Shown: positions 37,594-47,890, counted from the first letter of the stretch. The stretch: 64,000 nt of DNA from Promethearchaeota archaeon (GCA_048938025.1 JBHLMP010000002.1:62088-126087), one strand, 5' to 3'. Program-made: numbers and translations. Notes: generated from the letters alone by a model not told the origin.

Positions 37594-38193
37594 TTGAGAG
37601 TTAATAAACGATTAACTAGGGAATTTTTCAATAGAGATACTAAACTTGTAGCAAAAGAATTACTGGGGAAAAATTTAGTAAGGCAATCAAATAAAGGCAC
37701 TATGGTTGGAAATGTATTCGAAGTTGAGGCTTATCTTGGGCCTAATGATAAGGCATGTCATTCTTATAATTCCAAAATGACAGAAAGGACAAAAGTGATG
37801 TATGAGGAACCTGGAACTTTATATATTTATTTTGTCTATGGAATGTACTATTGTTTAAACGTTATTACAGAACCTAAGGGTGTTCCGTGTGCAATACTCA
37901 TACGGCAATTATATCCAATAGAAGGTATTGAATTGATGAAAAAGAATAGAAAAGTAAAGATTGGGAAAAATTTTAAGAATTTATGTGATGGACCAGGGAA
38001 ACTTTGTATGGCTATGAATATTACTAAAAAAATTTTTAATGGAACTGATTCATGTGCTACAGATTCAAGACTATATTTTACTGAAGGAGAGCAAGTTAAA
38101 GATAAGAAGATTATTTTAAACAAGCGAATAGGAATTGATTATGCTGAAGAGGATAAAGATAAATTACTTCGATTTACTTTAAATATTAAATGA
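37594..38193 (+). CDS. mpg: 3-methyladenine DNA glycosylase (AAG/MPG family)
   Basis: EVEAYLG..DKACHS, YIYFVYGMYYCLNV, GPGKLC, RIGI. Confidence 0.93.
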   Translation: MRVNKRLTREFFNRDTKLVAKELLGKNLVRQSNKGTMVGNVFEVEAYLGPNDKACHSYNSKMTERTKVMYEEPGTLYIYFVYGMYYCLNVITEPKGVPCAILIRQLYPIEGIELMKKNRKVKIGKNFKNLCDGPGKLCMAMNITKKIFNGTDSCATDSRLYFTEGEQVKDKKIILNKRIGIDYAEEDKDKLLRFTLNIK

Positions 38194-38342
38194 GAATCCT
38201 GTTTTTTTATAAAGTTTTTACAGTTTTACCAACATAAAAATTTTAAAAGTAAAATTGACATAAAAAGATAAGTATATAAATAACTTTTTTGTTGTATATC
38301 TTAGGGTTGTAGGTGCTCAGTTTTTTTAGTTATTTTTAGTAG

Positions 38343-38804
38343 GTGATTTTTAATTTGAAGGATGCATTAAAGTTTTTTCAGGCGTATATAAAGGAAATGA
38401 TTGATGTAGGAGGCCCTAATTTACCAAAAGCTATATCTTCAAAATCAGGTGCAAAATTAGGCAAATTGTATAAAGAGAGAGGATGGACTACCAATATAGA
38501 AAGTGCTTTAAAACAAGCGTATATTGCACTAGAAGCAAAACCAAAAATAACAAAGATTAATGATAATTCATACGAGATAATCATTAAACACTCAAAAAAG
38601 TTTTGTCCTATAGGAGGTTCTTATAATCCTTCGAATGTTTCCCTATTTCAAAATAACATTTGTATACCTTTTACGAAAGGATTCTTAAATGAAATGTTTC
38701 CAAAAATGAATTTTGACTCAGAAATTAAAACTTGTATTCTTTCCTCTAACCATAGAATATGTCATTATATTTTACATGTAGAAGAAAAACATAACATCAA
38801 TTAA
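38343..38804 (+). CDS. V4R / Bet3-like fold protein
   Basis: G..LG helix, FCPIG, IC..FTKGFL, TCI......CHYIL Cys pattern. Confidence 0.7.
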   Translation: MIFNLKDALKFFQAYIKEMIDVGGPNLPKAISSKSGAKLGKLYKERGWTTNIESALKQAYIALEAKPKITKINDNSYEIIIKHSKKFCPIGGSYNPSNVSLFQNNICIPFTKGFLNEMFPKMNFDSEIKTCILSSNHRICHYILHVEEKHNIN

Positions 38805-38935
38805 TCTATTTTTCTGTTTTCAATATCAGAGAATTGAAAAATCCTTATATTCTATACACTTTTCAGTTAATTAATTTAATAAGCTTAAAACAAAAACAAT
38901 TAAATAGTCATAAGTAAAGATTAAATCATTAAAGT

Positions 38936-39085
38936 TTGTGTAAACTCTATACATCCGGTTTTTTAAATGAAATTGATCCAAGTTTTAAATATACTGGTAA
39001 AATTTTAGAATACAATCTTAAATCCAATAATGGAGCTTGTTCATACTTATTAACTTTAGAAGAAAAAGAAGATTATAGGGTTTAA
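38936..39085 (+). pseudogene. C-terminal remnant of a V4R paralog
   Basis: LCKLYTSGFLNEIDPSFKYTGKILEYNLKSNNGACSYLLTLEEK aligns colinearly with ICIPFTKGFLNEMFPKMNFDSEIKTCILSSNHRICHYILHVEEK of the upstream gene. Confidence 0.7.
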
Positions 39086-39107
39086 AATTCATAGATTGTA
39101 AATTTTA

Positions 39108-39413
39108 ATAACCCGAATCTTGATCTCAATCCCATTGTTATGACCAGGTGTTATGCCTCTCCACACCTGCACCATAAAGCGTGAACACCTCGCCTTACGA
39201 CTGCTCCCTCCCGGGCCTGATCGGGTTCGACATTACGGACGTATATCTTTTCTACAAAAGATACTGCCCAAGCACCCACCTATATGGCCGATGCTTCGAC
39301 GAGAACATAACGATGGATAATAATGATTATGAAACCTTAAATCGGGCAATTTCCGCTAGAGACCATTTTACGGTTCATCCAGTATAGGATTACAGAACTG
39401 GCCTAAGGTTCCA
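39108..39413 (-). ncRNA. ffs: Archaeal SRP (7S) RNA
   Basis: GC-rich island. Helix 8 CAGG-CCC-GGGA-GGG-AGCAG (loop 39209-39212), helix 6 UAUCUUUU-GUAG-AAAAGAUA with GNAR loop (39252-39255), Alu UGUAA motif, helix 5 pairings CCCGA/UCGGG and CCAUCGUUAUG/CAUAACAAUGG, TATA-like TTTATAT about 25 nt upstream. Ends are approximate. Confidence 0.93.
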
Positions 39414-39472
39414 TATTTCTTAGTTATTTATCAGATATAAATCTTTTTCTTGAATATTACATCTTCCTTGTT

Positions 39473-39661
39473 TTAAGTTTCTTGGCTTGATCTCAATTCT
39501 TCCTTGACTATTTTTCTTTTAATGATTGATATAAATTCTTTTGTATCAGGAAATACATATATTATTTGATCTCCGTCATCCTCTATTGTTACTTCCTTAA
39601 AAAATCTACCCTCAACTTTAGCGTTTAAATCATTTAATATCATATTCTTAGAATATGACAA
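39473..39661 (-). CDS. Small hypothetical protein
   Basis: 62-codon ORF with protein-like composition between a hypothetical gene and the SRP RNA. Confidence 0.5.
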   Translation of the reverse strand: MSYSKNMILNDLNAKVEGRFFKEVTIEDDGDQIIYVFPDTKEFISIIKRKIVKEELRSSQET

Positions 39662-39749
39662 ATAGATTCAAAAAAACAAATAATATGGTGATGTCACTAA
39701 AGAATAGTTAGTTTGAGTAAAAAAAGATTAAAATAGATTTAATCAAATA

Positions 39750-40616
39750 TTATTTCTTTCCATTTCCTAAAAGTGTATCTAAAAATACCTGTATCTGAGT
39801 ATTAATTGACTTATCATTATGGAAAATTTCATTCAGATAACCGGTTAGAAAATGTTTAATTTCTGAATTAAAATCTCTTAAATCAACATAGTAGTATTTA
39901 CTTTTTAATTTTTTACCATCTAATAGGGATTCAATTTGCTCTTTAATTAAAAATAAAATAAAATTGACGATAGCCGCATTGATATTTTTCTCATCCTCTA
40001 ATGATAATTCATAATCTCCTCTAACGGTTTCATTTCTAATTTTATTTAAATCTAATAAATTTTCTTCTACATCAATAGAAAATTTCATTTCTTTAATTTT
40101 CGCTGGCATATCTTTATTATTACTTGTATTTAGCCTTGTATCACAGAAATTTTCTAAATTCGCTATAAATCGGACTAATAGTTTAAAAGTATCTTCTATT
40201 TCGTACATATTTTCCCAAACAGATATGTCTAAACCATTTAGTGAAGACTCAATTTTATTTGATATTTCTGATGTTATTTTTTTGAGATATTGAGAATAAT
40301 CTTCAAATGGAAATCCGAAATAATAACTATTATATTTTTCTTTAAAATCTTTACTAGCTATATTTGAAATTTGAATTTTTTCTTTTTTTACAAGTTCTTT
40401 AGCAAACTTTAATATGTAATTACAGTGAGGACAATAGGTAACCCAAGAACCAAGGACTACCTCAGGAGGTTTAACACCACTAGAACTTATATAACCATCA
40501 AAACCGGATAATTTCTTGCCATCTGGAGCCGAAAAAATTGCCTCTTCAGGATAGAACGTCCTAGGTATAAATTTAAGATTACAGACGGGGCATTTCAGCT
40601 TTTCTTTACTCTTCAT
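39750..40616 (-). CDS. Hypothetical protein with N-terminal zinc ribbon and helical C-terminal domain
   Basis: CPVC...CPHC. A C-terminal IRNETV motif resembles a degenerate HEPN RxxxxH. Confidence 0.65.
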   Translation of the reverse strand: MKSKEKLKCPVCNLKFIPRTFYPEEAIFSAPDGKKLSGFDGYISSSGVKPPEVVLGSWVTYCPHCNYILKFAKELVKKEKIQISNIASKDFKEKYNSYYFGFPFEDYSQYLKKITSEISNKIESSLNGLDISVWENMYEIEDTFKLLVRFIANLENFCDTRLNTSNNKDMPAKIKEMKFSIDVEENLLDLNKIRNETVRGDYELSLEDEKNINAAIVNFILFLIKEQIESLLDGKKLKSKYYYVDLRDFNSEIKHFLTGYLNEIFHNDKSINTQIQVFLDTLLGNGKK

Positions 40617-40855
40617 TCCTCGTTCAAAACGGATCTTAATTAATTAAGAATTATCAAATTTTATACTAAATAAGATCAAAATTAATCGATTTATTAAGGA
40701 TATAAATATAGAGATATCACATGTGAAATTTTAAGTGGCTCTCAAATATATTGATATGATTTAAATGCGATTAATCAATAAAGATAATTTAATATTGAGT
40801 ATAATTTCTTAAATTTATAAACAATTTATTAAGTGTAAAAGAGGAAATTTTTAAG

Positions 40856-41959
40856 ATGTCAAATGAGATTGTGTATATTGATGCTAAAACTCTAGAAAAT
40901 TTCATGAGAGATGTTTTTATTGGCCTTGGAGTGCCAGAAGAAGATGCTAATATTATTGCAGATGTTTTAATAACTTCAGATTTAAGAGGGATAGATTCTC
41001 ATGGTATTCAAAGATGTAAAATGTATTATGATAGAATTAGAGAAGGAATTTATGAGGTAAAAACAAAAATAGACATTATAAAAGACGGCCCTACAACCGC
41101 GCTTTGGGATGGAAATTGCGGAATGGGGCATGTTATTGCATATAAGGCAATGAATACTGCAATTGACAAAGCCAAAAAATATGGTCTTGGAGCTGTAGCT
41201 GTAAGGAATTCCACGCATTTTGGTATTGCTGGCTATTATTCGCTTATGGCTATCAGGGAAGGGATGATAGGATTAGCTGTTACCAATGCAAGGCCATCTA
41301 TCCCACCAACATTTGGTGTAGAACCAATGTTAGGAACTAATCCACTAACTATTGGAGCTCCAACTGATGAAGAATTTCCATTTCTTTTGGATTGTGCAAC
41401 CTCCATTATTCAAAGAGGCAAAGTAGAGCTTTACAATCGAATTAATAAACCACTCCCAGAAAATACTGTTATCAACGATAAGGGTGAAGTTATGATTGAT
41501 GCTGGAAAAATATTAGAAGAGATGCTTGAAAGAAAAGCAGCATTATTACCACTAGGTGGTAAAGGGGAAGAAACTGCTGGTTATAAAGGATATGGGTATG
41601 CTACTGTTGTAGAACTTTTATCTGCTGCCTTGCAAGAAGGAATCTATTTAAGAGATACTTTAGGGATTGTTGAAAGTGGTCAAAAACGATTAAAAGTAGG
41701 ACATTTCTTCTTAGCAATAGATATTGAAAGTTTCATAGGAATCAACTCCTTCAAAAAAACCGCTGGGAATATCATGAGAGACCTTAGGAATTCAAAGAAG
41801 GATCCAAGAGCAGAAAGAATCTATACAGCAGGAGAAAAAGAATATCTTGCTGATAATAAAAGAAGAAAGGGTGGAATTCCATTAAATAATAGCCTACAAA
41901 ATGATATTAAAATAATGCAAAAAGAACTTGAACTAAATAAATATAACTTTCCCTTCTAA
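40856..41959 (+). CDS. Ldh_2 family (malate/L-lactate/L-sulfolactate) dehydrogenase
   Basis: DLRGIDSHG, RNSTHFG, GTNPL, LLPLGG, YKGYG, GHFFLAI. Confidence 0.9.
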   Translation: MSNEIVYIDAKTLENFMRDVFIGLGVPEEDANIIADVLITSDLRGIDSHGIQRCKMYYDRIREGIYEVKTKIDIIKDGPTTALWDGNCGMGHVIAYKAMNTAIDKAKKYGLGAVAVRNSTHFGIAGYYSLMAIREGMIGLAVTNARPSIPPTFGVEPMLGTNPLTIGAPTDEEFPFLLDCATSIIQRGKVELYNRINKPLPENTVINDKGEVMIDAGKILEEMLERKAALLPLGGKGEETAGYKGYGYATVVELLSAALQEGIYLRDTLGIVESGQKRLKVGHFFLAIDIESFIGINSFKKTAGNIMRDLRNSKKDPRAERIYTAGEKEYLADNKRRKGGIPLNNSLQNDIKIMQKELELNKYNFPF

Positions 41960-42241
41960 TTATTTACTTATTATTCTAATTCTTTCTAATGTTTCTTTTT
42001 CATCACTAGATTAGATATAGATCGCTTCTAAATTTATTAAAATTCTAAATCTGGAGCTTATTAAAATTTTTGGTAAATTTATTATCACTGATAATTGAGA
42101 AAACTATTAAAAAAATACGAAAAAATTATTAAAATCCTTAAAAAATCACGAACTTTCAACTTATCTTAAATAGGATTTTATATAAATAGCTAGTTAAATA
42201 AATAAATCCTATCACAAAATTACTTAAAGAATGCGATAATT

Positions 42242-43405
42242 ATGGAAGAAACAAAAGAACAAGCTCCAATAGAAGCTTCATTAGATGACACAATTCAAAC
42301 TTCATTGGATGACACAATTTATGTGGATGCTAACTTTTTAAAGAGTTTCATAAGAGAAGTTTTCAATAAACTCGAAGTACCAGAAGAGGATGCAGAAATT
42401 ATTGCTGATATCATTATTACTGCTGATTTAAGGGGGGTAAATTCCCATGGAGTTCAGAGGCTTAAAATGTATTGTGATAGAATTAAGGACGGGATTTATA
42501 ATCCTAAGACTGAAATAAAGATTATTAACGATAATGCTGCTACTGCTGTAATTGATGGGGGATGTGGTATGGGACACGTTATAGGTTATAAAGCAATGAA
42601 GTTAGCTATAGAAAAAGCTAAGAAATATGGATTAGGAGCTGTAGCAGTAAGAAATTCTACTCATTTCGGTATCGCAGGATATTATTCTATGATGGCTATA
42701 AAAGAAGGCATGATTGGTTTTACTACTACTAATACTAGACCTTCCGTACCTCCAACATTTGGAGTCGAGCCAATGTTAGGAACAAACCCATTAACTTATG
42801 GAGCTCCAACAGATGAAAGTTTTCCATTTTTAATCGATTGTGCTACATCCATTATCCAGAGAGGGAAAGTCGAAGTTTACAATAGAATGCATAGATCCCT
42901 TCCGAATGGTGTTATTATTACAAAAAATGGTAACTCGGAGATTAATCCTAGTGATGTATTGCATGATCTTGCTGATCGCTCAGCAGCGTTACTACCTCTT
43001 GGTGGAAAAGGAGAAGATACATCCGGGTATAAAGGATATGGATATGCAACATTCGCTGAAATTTTATCATCAGCATTACAAGATGGAATTTATCTTAAAG
43101 ATACTGCTGGAGTTAATGAAAATGGTCAAAAAAGGTTAAAAGTGGGTCACTTCTTTTTGGCGATTAATATTAATAATTTTATACCATTGGATAAATTCAG
43201 AGAAATAACAGGAAATATTATGCGAGAACTTAGAAATTCAAAAAAAGCTCCTGGAGCAAAACGCATTTATACAGCAGGAGAGAAAGAATATTATACCAAG
43301 AAAGAAATAAAGAAAGCTGGAATTCCAGTAAATAAAAGCGTTCAAGAGGATATTAAAACCATTCAAAAAGAACTTGGACTAGAGAAATATAAATTTTCCT
43401 TTTAA
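42242..43405 (+). CDS. Ldh_2 family dehydrogenase (tandem paralog)
   Basis: Same motifs as 40856..41959, with long identical stretches. Confidence 0.9.
   Translation: MEETKEQAPIEASLDDTIQTSLDDTIYVDANFLKSFIREVFNKLEVPEEDAEIIADIIITADLRGVNSHGVQRLKMYCDRIKDGIYNPKTEIKIINDNAATAVIDGGCGMGHVIGYKAMKLAIEKAKKYGLGAVAVRNSTHFGIAGYYSMMAIKEGMIGFTTTNTRPSVPPTFGVEPMLGTNPLTYGAPTDESFPFLIDCATSIIQRGKVEVYNRMHRSLPNGVIITKNGNSEINPSDVLHDLADRSAALLPLGGKGEDTSGYKGYGYATFAEILSSALQDGIYLKDTAGVNENGQKRLKVGHFFLAININNFIPLDKFREITGNIMRELRNSKKAPGAKRIYTAGEKEYYTKKEIKKAGIPVNKSVQEDIKTIQKELGLEKYKFSF
42276..42319 (+). repeat. 24-nt-period tandem duplication in the N-terminal coding sequence
   Basis: CTTCATTAGATGACACAATT / CTTCATTGGATGACACAATT, encoding SLDDTI twice. 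Confidence 0.8.
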
Positions 43406-43457
43406 GTTTTGATTTAAATATTCATTTTTTTAAGAATTTTCAACAAGAATTACTTTT

Positions 43458-44900
43458 TTAGAAAATAATACCATCTGTTCTTCCTTTTATCGGTTCTGAA
43501 TGAAAAATAATTTCATATAAGTTTTCAATTTTAAGTTTTTCCCTTACTTTTTGTTCTAATTTTGTTATTAGATCATGAACAACTGATATATTCAAAGATC
43601 CATCAAAAAAAATATGAAGTTCTAACACACATAAATCCATTGCTGTCCAACATTCTAATCCATGATAACCTTTAGCTTGAGCTTCTTCTCGGAGTACTTC
43701 TTCAATTAACTTCTGAATTACTTGCATTCTTTGAGGGTCTATCCTTTCACATACTATTTGATCTGGTGATAATAATTTAATAGTTGGACCTGATTCTATA
43801 TGAGTAATGATCCTTGAAATTAATGGAGATTGCATCTTCAAATCTCTTTCAAAATTATTACATATTTGATGAGCTTCTTCTAAAGATAAGCTTTCATCGA
43901 GAACAACTGATAATGATAAAAAATTTTTATCTTCAACTCTAAAAACATTTACGTCCCTAAAGTTAAGAATTTTAGGGAATTCACTTTTCATTGAATGAAT
44001 TATATTAATAATTTTTTCCCCTATGGACTTTTCTCCGCTAAGTGGATTCATTTCAACTAAAGTTTCTACATTATAAAATGGAATATACTTTTTGGTCATA
44101 GTACGAATTGCTTTAGTAATTTCATTAGCATGGATTATTGAAATATGATCCTCTACAGATAAGTGAACTTCTAAAAATAATGTGTTCCCGGTCGCTCTCA
44201 CTTTTAGTTCTTCAACTCCATTTACATGATCTAAGTTGAAAATATTTTGTTTCATTTCTTCTAAAATGAAAGCACTTATAGGATTTACATCAATTAAATT
44301 TCCAATCCCTTCAATTAATAACTTAACTGCTCCATAAATTATAAAAATTGATATAGCAACACTAAAATAAGGATCTAAGTATTCAATTTCAAAAAAAAGA
44401 GCAAAAATGAAATCAATTAATACTAGTATAGCTCTTAGTGAATCTTGGAATAAATTTAGACCTTGAATTTTGAGTGATAAACTATTTCTTTTTTTCCCCT
44501 GCCAAATTAAAAATCGTGAGAAAAAGAGATTGATGGTAAAAGAGATTATTAACAATTGGAACCCAATACCAGGATTGAAGATTTTAGAAGATTTTTCTAA
44601 AATCACTTGAAATGCCCTAATTATAAGGTAAATATAAATATTAATCAGAAGAAGTCCTTGGATCATAGCACCAATCGAATCAATTTTAGAGTGTCCATAC
44701 ATATGTTCGTAATCTGGGGGCTTCAAACTCAAATATATTGAATAGATTGTAAGAAGTACAAAGATGATATCAGTTAGAGTATCAATGGATTCAGATAAGA
44801 AGGTTAAACTCCCAGTTACTATAACACCTATTAATTTTATTATCGATTGGATAATAATGACAAAAAAAGCGGCTAATCCGAATTTTATTTTGTAATCCAT
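43458..44900 (-). CDS. Cation diffusion facilitator with three C-terminal ZT-dimer domains
   Basis: GSL...SES, KPPDYEHMYGH.KID, LDP, followed by three repeats ending V.MNP / ITHIES / IFHSEP. ATG at 44900. Confidence 0.88.
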   Translation of the reverse strand: MDYKIKFGLAAFFVIIIQSIIKLIGVIVTGSLTFLSESIDTLTDIIFVLLTIYSIYLSLKPPDYEHMYGHSKIDSIGAMIQGLLLINIYIYLIIRAFQVILEKSSKIFNPGIGFQLLIISFTINLFFSRFLIWQGKKRNSLSLKIQGLNLFQDSLRAILVLIDFIFALFFEIEYLDPYFSVAISIFIIYGAVKLLIEGIGNLIDVNPISAFILEEMKQNIFNLDHVNGVEELKVRATGNTLFLEVHLSVEDHISIIHANEITKAIRTMTKKYIPFYNVETLVEMNPLSGEKSIGEKIINIIHSMKSEFPKILNFRDVNVFRVEDKNFLSLSVVLDESLSLEEAHQICNNFERDLKMQSPLISRIITHIESGPTIKLLSPDQIVCERIDPQRMQVIQKLIEEVLREEAQAKGYHGLECWTAMDLCVLELHIFFDGSLNISVVHDLITKLEQKVREKLKIENLYEIIFHSEPIKGRTDGIIF

Positions 44901-44988
44901 ATTTTTTATAGAAAAATAAATAAAAATCAATTAAGAGATTTTAAGAAAAGTTAAAAATTAAATATTTTGAAAAAAGATTTAGAAATTT

Positions 44989-46527
44989 CTATTTCTTACA
45001 ATTCAATACACACGTGTGATCATAATGATTATAGGTTCCTGTTTTAAGGAATACTTTTGCTCTGCAACCACCACATACTGTTTTATATACACACTTTCCA
45101 CAATACCCCTTAAAATTAAGACCACGATATTCATTCAGAATAGGTGATTGCTGCCATATTTTTTGAATATGGTGCTTCTTAATATTTCCAAGGTACGCAG
45201 CATTTAAAGGACATGGAGTTACATCACCATTAGGTTTAATATGAATAACGTAAATTCCTGATTCACAACCTGTAATAAATGGAGAGAAGGGTGTTTGTTC
45301 ACCAAAAACACCTTTTACTAATCGTTCAGAGAAGTTAAAGAATTTTATAGCATCTTTAGGGAATGTACCTTTAAAAAATGGCATAAAACCAATATTAGGA
45401 TATCTTTGAGCTAGAATTCTATTAAATATTGGATTTTTATATGAAAGAGTCATTGGGTAATTTTCATTCATTAATTGCTTCCAAATATCGCAAACAATAG
45501 CTCCAAACTGTTCCATTTCAAGGGGTGTAAGGGCTATTTCCTCTACACAAGCGGCTTTCTCTGAAGGAACAAAATCAAGGATTTCAAACTTTGAAACTCC
45601 TAATTTTTTTGCCAAATTTATTAGATCGTAAATTTGCTTAACATTGAATTTTGTAATTACAACATCCATACTTACGTAAAGACCAGCATTTATAGAATTT
45701 TTTATTCCTTGAATTGCTTTTTTAAAAACACCCGATCCCCTAATTTTGTCATGGATATCTTCTAAACCATCAATACTAACTTGTACATAACCTAATCCTG
45801 CATCTTTTAACTTTTCTGCAACTTCAAGTGTTATTAGAGTTCCATTGGTAGCAAGAGCAAGATGCATCTTCTTTTTATAAGCATATTTAATAATATCAAA
45901 AATATCATTACGTAGCAGAGCTTCACCACCAGTAAATCCTAACACATAATTCTTAGCTTCATATAGTTGATCTATTACATCACAAACTTCATTAAATGAT
46001 AACTCTTTCATTCCACCGTTTTGATGGATAAAACAATGAGTACAGTTTAAATTACACCGATGTGTAATAGACCAGAGAGTAATAATCGGACCCGCTGGAA
46101 CTTGAGGAACTCGTAATCCATAAATACCAACTCCCTCTATATATGTCAGAACAAGTCTTTTTAAAGAAGGGCTACTCATTAAAATTTTCCTAAATGCATT
46201 TTTTGGCATTTTTAGAGTTCTAGCTACAATATTTAATGCTAGCGATATAATGGATGAATTCAGAATTGCACTAAATTTGCATCTCTTACAAAAAATCTTC
46301 TTGTCTATATAATAATCGATGAAAATATCAGAATATTTACGTCCACATGAAGGACAAACTTTTAAAAATTGACGAAAAATTTTTCTCAAGGGGAGCTTAT
46401 TAATTAAATTCCAATATAATAATTCAGATCTTACAAATCTTGCTTTTTCATATATGCTTTTGATATATAATTCTTCTTTTGTTTCAATAGTTTGAATAAT
46501 TTGTTGCTCTATGCAATATTGTTTCAT
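44989..46527 (-). CDS. Radical SAM protein with SPASM domain
   Basis: CNLNCTHC, FTGGE, TNGT, QVSIDG, and a SPASM domain GC.SG...G.VTPC...CGKCVYKTVCGGCRA. Confidence 0.9.
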   Translation of the reverse strand: MKQYCIEQQIIQTIETKEELYIKSIYEKARFVRSELLYWNLINKLPLRKIFRQFLKVCPSCGRKYSDIFIDYYIDKKIFCKRCKFSAILNSSIISLALNIVARTLKMPKNAFRKILMSSPSLKRLVLTYIEGVGIYGLRVPQVPAGPIITLWSITHRCNLNCTHCFIHQNGGMKELSFNEVCDVIDQLYEAKNYVLGFTGGEALLRNDIFDIIKYAYKKKMHLALATNGTLITLEVAEKLKDAGLGYVQVSIDGLEDIHDKIRGSGVFKKAIQGIKNSINAGLYVSMDVVITKFNVKQIYDLINLAKKLGVSKFEILDFVPSEKAACVEEIALTPLEMEQFGAIVCDIWKQLMNENYPMTLSYKNPIFNRILAQRYPNIGFMPFFKGTFPKDAIKFFNFSERLVKGVFGEQTPFSPFITGCESGIYVIHIKPNGDVTPCPLNAAYLGNIKKHHIQKIWQQSPILNEYRGLNFKGYCGKCVYKTVCGGCRAKVFLKTGTYNHYDHTCVLNCKK

Positions 46528-46594
46528 TTAATAACACCTAATAATTTCTAATTATCCTCTTTTTAACTTAATATTTCAGTAGTCCAATTTTTAG

Positions 46595-46619
46595 TGAATC
46601 TAGTTTAAAACAAGATTCA
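46595..46619. promoter_or_regulatory. 25-bp near-perfect inverted repeat, candidate operator
   Basis: TGAATCTAGTTT-A-AAACAAGATTCA (11 of 12 positions symmetric), about 70 bp upstream of the radical SAM start. Confidence 0.45.
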
Positions 46620-46823
46620 TAAGAAATTATCTATAATTTAATTATTAAAATTCTTCATACGATAAAATCTTTAATATTAGTCTTTATTTTGGAGTTCTTC
46701 CAATAATGTCAAGTTGTTTAAAGAGTATTTTAATAAATCAAATACTAAAGAGGGCTTAAGAAAAAAGATATATTATATATTAATTAGAAATTAAGAATCA
46801 AATTAAAAAATAAACACTTCTAT

Positions 46824-47699
46824 TTAAACCAATTCTCCTTTTGCAACGATTATAGCCTTACCTCCAACCGAAACATAATATTTTCCTTCTTTTTCCTCTG
46901 CCCTCAGAAGCAACAGGCTCGGTCTTCCAATCTCATATCCTTGTTCAACACGTATATCTATGGCTCTCCTATTAAAATAGTCCTGCTTAACCAAATATGC
47001 TGCTAGGCATCCATTTCCAGAACCAGTAGCAGGATCTTCGGGTACACCATAAAAATCTGCAAAAAATCTAACATTTAAGTCATTCTTCTTATCATACGTT
47101 TCTGGACAAAAAATCAGAATTGATTTAGCGTTAGTATTCTCGATTAAATCATAATATTTATCTGAGTTAATTTTAGCTCTTTTTAATGCATTCAAGGACT
47201 TTAGAGGAGTAATAATAGTAGGAACGCCTGTAGAGACTTCTTGAATCCTAAATCTTTTATCAATATCGTCTTCTTTTAGACTTAATACTTCCGCAATTAG
47301 ATCTGGAGCAAAAAATCCATGAAATGTCGGTTCTTTTTGTTCCATCCGCATTTCTGTGACATAATCTCCTTTATATTTAAACAATACTGGAATTTGACCA
47401 ATTTTGAGAGTTAGGGGGATGGTTCTTACTTTACCCTCAATAAATTCTTGTTGAATAACAAAAGCAGTTCCTAATGTTGGATGTCCTGCAAACGGTAATT
47501 CTGTTTCTGGAGTAAAAATTCTAACTGAATAATTCTCAAAAGAAGTGATGAAGGTTGTTTCTGAGAAGTGCATTTCTTTCGCAATCCGCTGCATTTCAGA
47601 ATCAGTTAATGATTCTTGGCATATAAAAACAGCAAGTTGATTTCCTTCAAACTTTCCTTCAGCAAATACGTCTACTATATAAAATTTACATTTTGGCAT
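46824..47699 (-). CDS. PhzF family isomerase
   Basis: VDVF...GN.LAV, SETTF, RIFTP..ELPFAGHPTLG, EDPATGS, EQG..IGRPS. Confidence 0.92.
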   Translation of the reverse strand: MPKCKFYIVDVFAEGKFEGNQLAVFICQESLTDSEMQRIAKEMHFSETTFITSFENYSVRIFTPETELPFAGHPTLGTAFVIQQEFIEGKVRTIPLTLKIGQIPVLFKYKGDYVTEMRMEQKEPTFHGFFAPDLIAEVLSLKEDDIDKRFRIQEVSTGVPTIITPLKSLNALKRAKINSDKYYDLIENTNAKSILIFCPETYDKKNDLNVRFFADFYGVPEDPATGSGNGCLAAYLVKQDYFNRRAIDIRVEQGYEIGRPSLLLLRAEEKEGKYYVSVGGKAIIVAKGELV

Positions 47700-47890
47700 G
47701 AAAATACCTCTATATTGGTTAAAACCTCAACATTAATTTATATGTAATATAAAAATTAAATCCTTTTTAATATGTAATTATTTTGGTTTTTCTTTAATAT
47801 TCAATATATTAGATTCTATTAAAATTTATAATTATATTTTTTATTTAAAAGATTAAATTAAACAGATTATAATATGAAAGTTGTCTTGTA

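Noticed and set aside
39181-39387. 68-aa plus-strand ORF
   Set aside because: It lies antisense within the SRP RNA gene and is a by-product of the high GC content.
40717-40726. Palindrome TCACATGTGA between divergent genes
   Set aside because: A single 10-bp palindrome is expected by chance in 64 kb.
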